A stretch of DNA of 60,035 bases, filler included, from Rhizaria sp. SCN 62-66 (taxonomy: Eukaryota), in the NCBI GenBank assembly GCA_001724265.1. It is 5 parts of 5 records of this genome, joined end to end, with 100 filler letters (N's around TTAATTAATTAA, not from the genome) between each part and the next. Parts side by side here need not be neighbours in the genome. Positions count along the whole stretch, not along the records: positions 30,076 to 48,414 come from MEDY01000568.1; positions 48,515 to 60,035 come from MEDY01000569.1; 3 more parts are not named here. One strand, written 5' to 3'. Under the pieces are notes generated by a model. The model saw nothing but the letters and a program-made list of their open reading frames with translations. It was not told the origin of the DNA and did not search any database. Numbering within the stretch: position 1 is the first letter of the stretch; each line of letters begins with the position of its first letter. Positions 48,320 to 59,964 of the stretch are shown piece by piece. The position numbers and the translations under genes are program-made.

Positions 48320-48414
48320 TTACTCCTTGGTCTTCTTGTCACCTCCACCGCGGAGGAGACCGGTGCGGCGGGCGGCGATGAGACCGACCTTCTTACCGGC
48401 GGAGGAGTTGCGGG
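48320..48414 (-). CDS. RPL8: 60S ribosomal protein L8 (uL2), 3' end
   Basis: Not in the ORF track. The minus strand reads RNSSAGKKVGLIAARRTGLLRGGGDKKTKE*, the canonical uL2 C-terminus. Stop is TAA. Confidence 0.92.
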
Positions 48415-48514
48415 NNNNNNNNNNNNNNNNNNNNNNNNNNNNNNNNNNNNNNNNNNNNTTAATTAATTAANNNNNNNNNNNNNNNNNNNNNNNNNNNNNN
48501 NNNNNNNNNNNNNN
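48415..48514. other. Artificial contig spacer
   Basis: Same linker. Confidence 0.98.
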
Positions 48515-48676
48515 CTAAAAAAAAAAATGCTGACTGGTCATTTGATTTTGATTGGCTTCAAAAATCCTGATGCCAGGAAACGCCTGGCCCAGTCTGGGGT
48601 TGATCGGACGTGTATACGAACACAGTTGGTTTTAAACTGACCGTGATCGGACCCAGGAGACCGCCAAGTCGCTTGG

Positions 48677-49404
48677 TTCCCGAAAAAAGCACGATAAGTG
48701 TGAATGAGGGTACCGTAGATATTGACGAACGCTGCACGGCCACGTAGGATTAACGCATGCGTCCTGTCCATAGCAACTTTGGGCGCCCCGCGTTTCACCA
48801 AGTTACCTGCGCGTTGCTTGAAACGTTCACAGGGCATAGAATACCATGAGAACTTTTGGTTCTAGCAAGGGTGCCGCTTATGCCGTCAGTCGATCGTGCC
48901 CAACCTGATCCCTGATAGCCACAGATCGATGCAACAGCACGAAATCCGCCGCGGTCAATCTACTATAAAGATCCATGTAGGCTGAGTGGCGCCTGTCATT
49001 GTTGTGTACGGCGACGATCCGTTTGTGTGCGGTGCTCGTTGGTGCTAGATCGGCGGCAGGGTAGGGTGGTTTGGAGCTGGTTTGGAGGGTGGTTTGGCAT
49101 CTTTTGGCGTCCCCTGCGTTTCCCGCGGATTTACTGAAGAAATCGCATGCGATTTGTTCGTCCGAGGACCCATTTTTCTTTTGCTCACAGCTCTATCGAA
49201 TATATTTTAAACGCAAAAACCCTTGCTAGAACCAAAAGTTCTCATGGTACTCTATGTCCTCTGAACGTTTCAGAAACGCGCAGGTAACTTGGTGAAACGC
49301 GGGGCCCTCAAAGTTGCTATGGACAGAACACATGCGTTAATCCTACGTGGCCGTGCAGAGTTCGTCAATCTACCCTCATTCACACTATCGTGCTTTTTCG
49401 GGAA
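48677..49404. repeat. Long imperfect inverted repeat (arms 48677-48872 and 49219-49404, spacer 346 nt); possible non-autonomous DNA transposon
   Basis: The arms are reverse complements with few mismatches or indels, e.g. CCATGAGAACTTTTGGTTCTAGCAAGGGT versus ACCCTTGCTAGAACCAAAAGTTCTCATGG. No target-site duplication seen. Confidence 0.88.
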
Positions 49405-49822
49405 TCAATTTTTCCACATCGATAAAACACAATGGCAGTCAAGAGAAAAAATGCAAAGGAATACTCTAGTAAGTGCCGACGTTGACGGGGGGGGACATCA
49501 TTTTAAATTAGGACCTATATCTTTATGGAAATTGTTTTGGTTTGTGTAGGGGGCTAGTGCTTATCGAGCCAAAAATGGCTGAAGCAGCGCGCTGTAGTTC
49601 CGGAAAATTCCAGAGATAACGAAATGGTATAAGTAGTTAAGGAACTCCAATATATTGTCTTTCTCCCTGTGCTACACACTCACTACGAGTCACCAACGAA
49701 CGCACTCGACAGGAGGAAGAAAAGATATAAAAAAACAACGGGACGGTTGCTTAAGGCGGAGACCATACTGCTAACCGCACTCTAACGTTCTCAAAGCAAT
49801 GGTACCAAAAAGTCAACAGTCT

Positions 49823-52800
49823 CTACCAAGAGTATTTGCTTTCGATTGGATCAACAGAGCTCGGCGGAACACGAATGATCTTGAACAAGCAAAATGCGTC
49901 CTCCAATTGGCTGTAGACATTGAGATCTACAATTGGTGTAGTACCAGTAACCACTAGTTCATTCACAGAGGCGGGACCTAGGCATGGCATAGTGGGGCCG
50001 CCAAACGAGAGCTCGCCCGCATGTGCGCCGTCGTTGACGACAAGAATGAAGTAGGTTGTATTGGACGGCATGTACGGATTGTTGGGGTCGTAGTCAAACT
50101 CTTCAGAGGACGGCATGTGGAAGAGGCGCAGGGCAACAGGATCCGTATGGTTTTTAGGCCACTCGTCCGTATAGTGAGCGGTATTGTTGTCGTATATGAC
50201 TGGCTGATCTAAGGTAGATAGGTAGAAGTTGCGGCCGTTGCGAAGTGGCTTGCTCTCGCGTGTGCCGATAAGATCTGGGCCCAAAAGACGGAAAACGTAA
50301 GGACGAGCTTCGTCGGTTAGAACTGGCGGATCACTCTGATGGGTGTCGAACAGAAGCGAGTCAATCGCGCGCAGCTTCTGTGGGAGGCCTTTTGCGGTTG
50401 GAAGGCGCAATATTTCCACGTCGCTGCACGTGCTGCTATACTGTGAACTTCCTATGCAAATGCCGCTGTCCATTACAAGGCCGAGCGAGTCAGGCGCCAC
50501 GGCTGCGATAAAGGTATCTCCACTGGTACCCTCAAGAGACTTGCAGCGTGCCATGCAAGGAAACGCGTCCTCCAACTGTACTCGGGAGGCTGAACCAAAG
50601 ACGTCGGCGCCAGCCACGATGGTCGCGCCCAGATGCGGTGTCATCACAAGACTAGCGCGTCGCAAAATATCCTGATCATGGATGCTGCGAAAAATGGGCG
50701 CATGGTCGGGGAAGGCAGTCTCGAGCGGCATTGGGAAAAAGCGAGACGATCCGTGAGGAAGGGTGCAGGAAATATGCAGCTGCTGCGCGCGGCATGCGGC
50801 CGCTACCGTCAGATTGTCCCGGACAAATAGCCATACTTGCTCGCCATGTGCAGACGAAGTCGGAGCTTGAATGCTGTCAAACCCCTCCAAAAATGGGAAG
50901 AAGGGATCAAAGACGTGCTCGAAAGACGCTTCCTCGCATTCGCCTGATGCTTCGGCGTGACAGGACAGAACACGGGTACCAAAAAAATATGCAATAACTT
51001 GGTTCTTAGCTCGGCGTAGGCGAGATGGCTTGCGTAGGTGACTCAATGAAACCGAGCTTTGAAACACGATCACACCGGATGATCGACGCGACAGATCTTG
51101 CGGCGGCAACGGCCAACTGAGAGGGACGCGGTCAAGGAACAAGCTGTTCTGGTGCTGCATGACCATGTATCGACTAGTATTTACGCGCGAGGACGCAAAC
51201 CACTCAAGATAGACGTAGTCGCCAAACTTCAGGTCGGACGATTCCGCAGAGACGAGAGGATCGGTGCAATACGAGCCACCGCTGGCCTGACAAATAGTAT
51301 CTTGGAAGTACAAGCCCTTTTTACGCAAGGTCGAATTCATTTCGGGGGGGAATAAATCTTCGCGGGCAAATAGGTCACTGATATCGGCAACTTCGATACT
51401 TGTAGGAACCGGTGCGTCCGGTACTGTGAGACTCCACAATTTAAGCCCGTCGAGATTTCCGTCCTTCATATCCTGGCCAGCAACGGGTGAGCCTCCAAGA
51501 TACCATTCTGTCATTGACGCCGACATTTGGTTGAGCGTGCTACGCGCATCCGTCTGCATCTTACTGCTCGCGTCGACCGACATCGACGCCGAGAGGCTGA
51601 AGAACCTTCCCGAAGCAGAAGCTGAGGCACTGCCGCCGATGAGCTCCTGCTGGAACTTGGAGAAGGAATCTTGTGAGAGAGTGTATCGTACACTCGCAAC
51701 ACCACCCATCACAACATTGGTAGTCAGATGAGTTCCATATCGTTCCAGAAAGCTCATGTAGGTCACATTTGCTTCGGGGTGTGTTGCCGGATCAGACTCA
51801 GGTAGCGCTGCGACAGCCTCGATAAACGCGTCGTCGAGCTGGAACGTGGGTCGGAGGCGCGCCCGATAAACAGATGTGACGCCATCAAGTTGAGTGTATA
51901 CCGAATTACTCGACGACATCTGACTAACCGTATTCTGATACGTGGCACTGGCCGAGAAGCGAGCTTCCACGGATATTTTCTTGGTGAATTTAGCGCCGAC
52001 AGAGCCGGCGAAGGAAACCGACCGGTCGAGGGAGCTTAGATACTCGGACTGGCTCGAATATGTTGTGCTGATAGAGGTGAATGTGGCAGCCGTCTCGTCG
52101 GCCACATCGAAATGATCACTGACGAAACGGCGCCCGTCGCCGGAAAACCGTCCGTCGTTAAAAGTGCATGCCACGACGGGTGCGCGATAACCGGGATCTA
52201 GCGCGCCCGTCATTTCGCGGGGGTTCGCTTCGAAAATGTTGTATCCACGTCCCAAGTAGCCGATGTTGGCATAACTCATTGTCGTGGGACTGAAAGGAGT
52301 GTTTACAGCTCGTTTCGCTGTAGGCAAAAGGAGCAACATAGCGTGAGCAAAGCGAACTCTTATAATTACTTAACCTCGCGTACACATCACGTTGCGCATC
52401 TCAGCTTCCTTTGCCTCTGCTTCTGCTGTCGCTTGCGGAACGCTTTTAGCGAGACGCACATTGGCATAATCGCGAGCGAGGGTTGCTGTATAATAATAAT
52501 AGATAAAAATCGAGCTCATCAGCAATAGCAAAATATGAAGGCTAGCTTAGAAACGAACCTTCAGCACTCTGGGCAAGAACGTCGTTGATCGACGCCGTTG
52601 CGGCATGCTCGACGTATCCTTCGGCGTTAGCGGCGTTGAGGACGTCGGAGCGAAGTTGTGCCTCGGTCTCAAGCAGGAGTGTCAGGGCTGGGGTGTCCGC
52701 ATTCGCACTGCTTGCAGTCGGTGTGGGTGCCAGTCGAATTTGCGAGGGAGCCCCCGCCACTGTGCAGACGCTCAATGCTCCCACGAAAAGAATGGCTACC

Positions 52801-52823
52801 GGTAGTTCCCAGCGCATCCTCAT
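49823..52823 (-). CDS. Secreted MACPF/perforin-like protein 1; exons 52823-52559, 52485-52375, 52317-49823
   Basis: Signal-peptide-like MRWELPVAILFVGALSVCTVAG; YLGRGYNIFEANP...DPGYRAPV; MACPF signature YGTHLTTNVVMGG. Two short phase-1 introns (73 and 57 nt). The ORF ends at TAG. Confidence 0.85.
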
Positions 52824-53173
52824 CCTTGTCGTCCCAGCCAGTGAAAAGGGAAGAAACAGAGGTAGGCCACCCCTGCGCGTGAAATTGGGAATAGAACATT
52901 TTGATAGGCTAGTTGGCCATCGTACGGATACTGTTTTTTTACCCGCACAGGTTGAAGGGATCTCACACAATCAATCCCGCGGACCCGAAATAGGCAAGTA
53001 AAAATCACCTGCCCAGGTAACGTATCATAACAGAGCACAACTTCAACCCTTCGTGGTCGCATACCTAAATTGACGCAACTTTTCTGGCACATGCCGCTGG
53101 CCACGGCCCCATACGGTATTTTACCGGCAGCATGTTGCTCTCGATGGAGAGAGTGGCCAAGAAGCGAGCAAGG
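52824..53173. promoter_or_regulatory. Probable shared bidirectional promoter of the MACPF pair
   Basis: About 350 nt between the divergent start codons. Positional inference. Confidence 0.45.
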
Positions 53174-56100
53174 ATGTCGAGATGGGCAGCTTTGTTTGCT
53201 GTGGTCTCACTTGCATGCATTATGGCGGCAGCAGACGCACAGGCAGACACCGCTCCGATGTGTACCTGGAAGGATTTTGTTTCCACAGTCGACACTGGTG
53301 AGACACACTTGGCGTCGGCCTCTTTTGGTCTAGCCGCCTATCACACTGTTTACGACTCCCTAACTAATGGTACGCCGGAGGAAAAGCTTTTCTAACCCTG
53401 AGACGGTTGCCCATGGTCATGGCATGTCGTGTTCTCTATGTTTATGTCTCCTTCTTCGCCCCATGGTCGTACTCAAAAGATCGCTGTAGGCACGGAACTC
53501 GACGCTGTCGACCTCTTTATCGAGCTACAGGCAGAGACCTTAGTCAATGTCACTATGAATAAGGCGGGTGTATTCGTCGACGCGGAGGCTGGCCGTCTGC
53601 TTGCTCTTTCAGAGCAACGCGGGGCAGAAAGTGCGCCACGACGCTTGACGACGCTTGATCTCGCGTCGCTAACGATATGGTGTTTAGGTAACACGACTCT
53701 TGCAGCTATGCAAGCTCGTACAATTTTGGACACGGCTGGACTTCACGCTACTGCTGAGGTGGCTGACGCGGAAGCTCGAGCACGTTTCGGTTCGTAGGGA
53801 TGATACTGAGAGATTTTGATCCGCTAATATCGTATGACCTTTTATTAGCTCGCGTACGCAGCGCTGCTCCCATCGAGCTGCCCGAGACTGCTGCAAGCGC
53901 CCCCAACATACAATATGTGGGCCGCGGCTACGACCTGATTAAGGGTTGCCCGCGCGAGATCGGCGGGTCCGTCGACCAAGGCTTTCGACTACCCGTTGTT
54001 GACCTGACATACCGCCTGGGTCGGTTTACGCCCGACGGCCTGTATGCCCTGCCTGATGCTGTGGAATTTCGAGGAATGCCCAGCGTCGCGTTATCGTCGA
54101 GTGTCTTGCACATCGCCACAGAGAGTCAGTTTCGTTCGCAGCTGGAGCGGAGTGTTTCTCTTTCGACGTCGCTCGAGGCCGGTAGGTATGCTCAAGCGAG
54201 TTTCGCTGGGTCCTCTTCCTACCAGCAGACTGTGGAGGCCATTTCCAATGTTGATACAAATTTTGTTGATATCGAGGCGTCGGCCATAAGCTATGAAGCC
54301 TCAATCCGACACTCAGCGCAGTCACGGAATCTTCCTTTGACGCTGGACTTTCGCAACGCGGTAAAGAATCTTCCCACGGTCTACGTGACCGGCGACGACA
54401 ACTCGACGTTGGCTGCGTTGGTTGACGCCTATGGTACACACTTTGTTGTTGAAGTAGTCATGGGCGGCGTCGGTATCGAGCGGCACGTTCTCACAAGCTC
54501 TGACCTCAACACCTACAAGGCCACTGTTGCTTCTCAGGCGGTGGATGCTTCCGGCTCGGTGCAATTTGCAGGCGGTAGCGCTTCAATGGGCTTTGATTAC
54601 AAAAGTACCCAGCAGTCCGAAGCTCGCGGTGCACTGGCCCAAAGTTCATCCTCCAGGACAGATTGGTACTATGGTGGGCAGCCGGGAGACAGCGCTTTCG
54701 GTGATGATGAAGGCTCCACCGAAGCGCTAAAGGACTGGGCCTCGTATGTTGGTGACAAACCGGTACCGATCAAGTACAAAGTGACAGACCTGCCCGACGT
54801 ACTTAATACCTTTACCTTCCCCGAAGACGAGGGCATTGATTTGAAGCGTACTTCATTGTGGACCTACCTTACCGCACTTATCGCTCCGTACAATGAGGCT
54901 GTGTCCATGCGAATCGCAACGTCCAGCAACGTCAACAACGATACCCTCCGTTATGGTGACTTTTTGCTTCTTAATGGTGTGTCGTTCATCCCTTCCGACG
55001 ATCCCGACGAGGTTCTGCAACCGCAAGCAAACACTCCTTCCCTCCTGCGGGTCTACAACACGTTTCTCAAGCATGAAGGCGTGCGTGACATCGTATTTGC
55101 CAGCATGTCGCCCTCAACCTGCCCCACATTGGTTGCCGACTTTAACGCACGCAACGCCACTGCCGCTCCTCTTCTATTCCGGGATATACACGTTGTGCAC
55201 GACAATCGTCCCTTTGCGAAACATATGCCAGCGATCGATGCCCATTCATCTCCAGTCATTTTATACGTTTTGTACGGACGCGATTGGCAGCCCGGTTTCG
55301 TTCGCGAGCAGCAAGATGACATGGTTTGTGTCATGACAATCGCCAGGAAGCCGGTGCAGGGGTTGCAACCTCTGCCGGACGATGTGGTCGATTCTTCCAG
55401 CTTATATTCTTCTCAACTCCTTCCTCTGGACACTATTTTTCCACACCGTAGTGCATTTAATGGAGACTCGAACAAGCTGAAGAACTGGGGCCCGGTTGAG
55501 ACAGTATTTGGGTTTCCTCCGTCGCTTGTGTCGGCTCCCAGTCCTTCAGTTCATTACCAACTCTACGCCCACAACTGGTTTAGCATAAGCAACGCAACCA
55601 CGATGGATGTGTCTGATGCGCTTCAAGCCTCATGTCCCATGCCGATGGGCGACATCTACGACGATATGGAAACGCTGAGCGTAGATTTTACAAACGTCTG
55701 CAACGACTTCTGCGCCTGTCAGTCCGTCAATAGCGCAGCCTTTTTACAGCCAGCATCGGAGGTGAGCACAGCATTCCCTGTGTGCAATGCTACCAACGTT
55801 TGTTGGGCTGGCTTCCAGACCGAGTTTCCGCTCATCAATCACTCCGATCCATTTGAGACGTCCCCAAACCGATCTACGCTGCATCCTCGCGGATTCGAAG
55901 CTTTTGCATGGACCGTAATCCCTCGATATGTAGCAAACTACAGTTTCTTCGAAGTATTATCAATTGCGATTTTTACTATCGCGCCGGAAATGGATTCGCC
56001 CGCTCCTGGATGGAATGGCGGATATTGGTTAGCGGAGGCGCAGTTTATGGAACCGCTGAACGTATCTTCCAATCCTCGCAATGGAGGGCGCTTTTCTTTT

Positions 56101-57495
56101 TGTGAACCAGTTGGAGGCGTTGCGGCGCTATTTGTTGGAATGGACTCCAAGTACTGTCAACGCATCCGCGGGCTCATCTTTGTCAAGAAAGACGCTTACG
56201 TGTTTTATGATGAGACCTACAGCGCTATGGCGGGAAAAATTTTGGTTATGCCCAGCTTTGCTGAGTCCCTTTCCGCCATCGCTTTAGCCAACAACATGGT
56301 CAATCCTGATGTTGATCCGCTCTATCCGCCTACTTACGAGGGTGATTTTCCCTTCTCTACGTATTTTGAGATTTCGATGGAGCAGTTTTTCCATATCGAG
56401 GAGCACCAATTCAAGCTTGCTTCTGCGGTGGCTTCGGAGCACCTTGACGTCGACGAGCTCCCAAATATGTATCACGACGTTGTCCGTCCGTATCTTTGGA
56501 GACTAGACTCTGTCAATCCAGAGTTGAACATTGAGAAGTCAGTTCTCCAGTATGGTCAAACGGTTCATTTGACGTCAACCTTCGGGGGCGTGTACTACAA
56601 CCAAGCTGGACTCTACCGTGAGGATCGCGGAACTATTGATCCAAAAAATGGCAGTTTTCCTTATGCCACTTTCGTCGTTCGTTCAACGGACCCAGATGTA
56701 TCACGCGGCCCCGTGCAAACCGGAGACAGTATTTTTTTGCAGGTTCGTTCGGAGGGAGCGCAGATGAATGAATCCTTCAGTATGCCGATTCCCCGCGTAC
56801 TTGCGCCGTGGGGAGGCCTGATCCCGGCACAATCATTCTCGTACGCTCATGTACGAGATGTGGTTCGCGGAAGCGACCCCCAGTGGGAGACCTCGTCTGG
56901 CATTAAACTCCTACGAGTTCCTCGCGAGAAAGTTGTGCTCAATGACCATTTCTCGAATATCGGCGGCAGTACTAAAAAAGCAGCTATTGAGCTCAGGCGA
57001 TATGTGTTGCGCTCGTGGCTGCGCATGGAGGAGCCGGACTCTTTAAATTTGCTTGTGCTTCGATTCGAGGGGTCTTTACTTCCACTGGTCATCGACGTAA
57101 ACGCATTCCGAGGCGTCATGCACACGATTGTTCGTTCTCACTCTCGAACGGATCCGGAGAGCGTCTGTTTTTCGATTGCGGTACTGCTTGGAGTGTTCTC
57201 GGACGCGGGGCAGCCATCCGAGACAAACCCAGGCGTTTGGCGTGTTGACGTTCCCGACGGCATGAACGTTACTCTCATTTGGGACGCTCCTTATCGTAAA
57301 GATCAGTCACTTATCCCCGCTTGGGAACAAAGCGATTGGGATTTACAGCGTCCTCATCTTGCCCTTCACGGTCCTTCTGAAGCCGTTCTGCGAGGTGCCG
57401 ACATCCGCGTTGACAATTTGTGCTTTCGATTGCCGCAAGCGGCAATTGCCGACCCATTAAAGGATCCCTACTATATACTTCCGTGTTCTGAATAA
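53174..57495 (+). CDS. Secreted MACPF/perforin-like protein 2; exons 53174-53369, 53490-53789, 53849-57495
   Basis: Signal-peptide-like MSRWAALFAVVSLACIMAAADA; YVGRGYDLIKGCP...DQGFRLPV; MACPF signature YGTHFVVEVVMGG. Two phase-1 introns (120 and 59 nt). Stop is TAA. Confidence 0.87.
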
Positions 57496-57779
57496 GACGT
57501 CTCTCTCGAATTGCTTTTATCGCCTGTGCTGCGTCAGTGTCATTTTCTTTTCTTTTTCGTTTGTCAGCCCCTCCAACAAACTTTATTCCGTCTCCTACTA
57601 CGATAATGTTAATGCAGTATCACGTCCCCTTGCCTTTTCTACTGATCGTTGGTCATTATTATTATTTTACCATAGGTCATTTACCTTTACAAAGAGGAAG
57701 AGCTACGGAAGGTATCAGAGAAAGAACGATAAAGATAATGTATCCCACGCCATGATTGTGTAAACACAATGGATCCATA

Positions 57780-57873
57780 CAGTATCGTACCTTTATATTA
57801 CTCTTCCGCTGGGAAAATGGCGTGCTTCGACAGCCGCCTTAATGATGTGATTCCCAAAAAAGGCACGATACTA
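57780..57873. mobile_element. Short MITE-like element with about 15-bp imperfect TIRs and TA flanks
   Basis: TA|CAGTATCGTACCTTT ... AAAGGCACGATACTA|TA, with 13 of 15 positions complementary. A CAGT end plus TA target is typical of pogo/Tc1-mariner elements. Confidence 0.5.
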
Positions 57874-58149
57874 TACAGTACTCATATGGTCCCCCCTCCT
57901 TGGTCGGGACACTTCCTAAAAATCAGCGTCTCAAATAATTAAAATTTCGTTCTTTCGATCTCATTTTTGTAAAATTATACTCTTTAGTCACTTCCTCACA
58001 ACGTTCTATAAGAGTGCAACGGGTACTTTATTTTGAAAAACACTACTTCACTAATGGGCAAAAAAAGGTACTTGGATCGGGGAGTCAGATCTGACCCCTC
58101 CGTGGTCGGAACACCTACTCTATAGAGAAAAAAGGGAGCAATCTGAAGG

Positions 58150-59964
58150 TTAAATGTCTGCGTCGCTCTGCGACTCTGCGTTTGCTGACCCCGACGATGA
58201 TGCGATGGCGGCGGGAGCAATGGAGTGCTTGTGGACGAGCTGGCGGCCAGTCCTCACGAGCTTGTCGGCGTCATTGAACATGGACTCACGACTCACTGTG
58301 ATCGGCACTCCGCACCCTTGAATCTTAAGGAACTCATGGAGGATGGCCTTCGTCAGGCGGTCATCCTCCTCCATGAATCCCTTTTCCACAAGGTGGGAGC
58401 GCAGCACCGACTCCGCCTTGGCGACGTTCGTCTTCTTGTCCTTTTCCACCTCGCGCCGGTCCTGAAGCTCCGAAAGAGCAGCGAGGCGCGCGCCGTCCGT
58501 CAGCATCTTCGGGATGGACGGGTTCTCGCCGTTGATGAGGCGCGCCTTCTTCGTCGCCGGCGGCAGCGGGGCGAGCTTGAACGAGTCCGGCACCGGCTCG
58601 CGCGCGCGCTTCTTCACCGGCGAGAGGTTCAGCGCGGCAAGATGAGGACTCTTGTTGAGCTCCTTGGTGGCGTCCTCGCCGAACCGGATCATGCCCGGCG
58701 TGCGGTGGAAGCTTCCCTGCGTGGGACGGCGGAAGCGCTCGCTCGCAGCGAGGACGCCGTTCTTCGCCAGCTTATCGGCGAGTTCGCGGCTGACGGGCCA
58801 CGCTCCAGCGCTGCGGAAAGCGGCAACCACGTTGGACGAGGACGCGGCGGTTTCCCAGGCCTTGCAGACGAACCTCCGCCATGTCGGCCTTCGGGAGGAA
58901 CTGGGAGCGAGTTCCCTCCAGCCGAATGTCGGCCGTCGCCTTGCGCAAGAAGGCCTTGAACGGCGCAAAGACGCCCACATCCAGCGGCTGCAGCACGCTC
59001 GACGTATGCGCGGGCATGGTGAGCGCGTGCACCTGCGCGTCGATGAGCTTGCGCAGGGTCGCCACGCTGCTGACGTGCGAGCTGCAGCCGTCGAGGATGA
59101 GCAGATACGGCGGCGGGACGTTCTGCGCCTTCTTCAGCCAAGCGATGAAATGATCGATCACTTGGCCAAAGATGCGCTCGTCGACGTAGCCGGACTCTGA
59201 GGCGCTCGCGCTCACTGACTTCTCAACCCGTGACAGCCACTCGTCTCTTGTTCCCCGTCGCCGAAAAGACGAGAAACGGCGGCAGCGCGACTCCGTCGGC
59301 ACGGATAAAGCATGCCAAGGAGAGGTGCTCGCGCTCCTTGGACACGAGCGCAACCGGCTTGGTTTGCTTTCCGCAGTAAGTGTAGCCACCGGTCTATACT
59401 GTGTCGATTATGTGAGTTTATAGATGAACATTGTATGGATGAATGATACACATATCTCGAAAATAACACGCTCATCAAATTACATTTACAACGTACAACA
59501 AGGTCAAACGAGAAATTAGTTTCATCCATGTTGAATATCTGGCTCGCAGATAGCTTGAGGCGGTCGATAGTCTCTGCGAGAAGCGTCGTCCAGCGGGAAA
59601 TGTTGGGCGCATTCAGAGCACTGGCGCGCAGCCCTTCCATGCCAACGTTCTTCTTGCGCTGAAGGTTCGGGTTGCGACGCAAGAAGGCAGACCACCAGCG
59701 CTCGCTGCACTTCAGTGTAGGCTTGAGCTCAATGACGCGCTGAGAGAGGATGGAACGGGTGACGTCCCACCCCTTGACCGAAGCGGTGTCAGCCCAAGAC
59801 ACAACAAGTTCTTCCTGATCAGCAGAAAGTGCGCTCGGGGCTCCACGGCCCACGACCTTACTGTTACCCGAAGCGTGTGCTTGCAGAGTGCTCAGCGCAA
59901 CGCACCGCGGTGTCCAGAGCGGCCTTGCGAAGACTCGCGCCGCCGGCGATCTTGCCGAGCGCAC
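58150..59964 (-). pseudogene. pogo/Tc5 (CENP-B HTH + DDE-1) transposase, degenerate; one intron (59394-59496) and two frameshifts (about 59255 and 58870)
   Basis: HTH region GAPSALSADQEELVVSW...SERWWSAFLRRNPNL; catalytic motifs IFNMDETNF, LLILDGCSSH and PAHTSSVLQPLDVGVFAPFK; also EHLSLACFIRADGVALPPFLVF and AWETAASSSNVVAAFRSAGAWP. The motifs fall in different frames. Confidence 0.88.

Noticed and set aside
9989-48514. Recurring TTAATTAATTAA motif inside N runs, as a biological repeat
   Set aside because: The 100-nt structure is identical at all four gaps; it is a synthetic six-frame-stop linker. Adjacency across these joins carries no biological meaning.
48538-49549. Two similar short ORFs (..VKRGAxKVAMDRTHALILRGRA..) as duplicated genes
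   Set aside because: They are translations of the two arms of the inverted repeat, and indels between the arms break the frame.
52542-53797. TAG stops of ORFs 52542-52970 and 53429-53797 as further read-through sites
   Set aside because: Both TAGs lie inside predicted GT-AG introns whose removal restores the MACPF frames.
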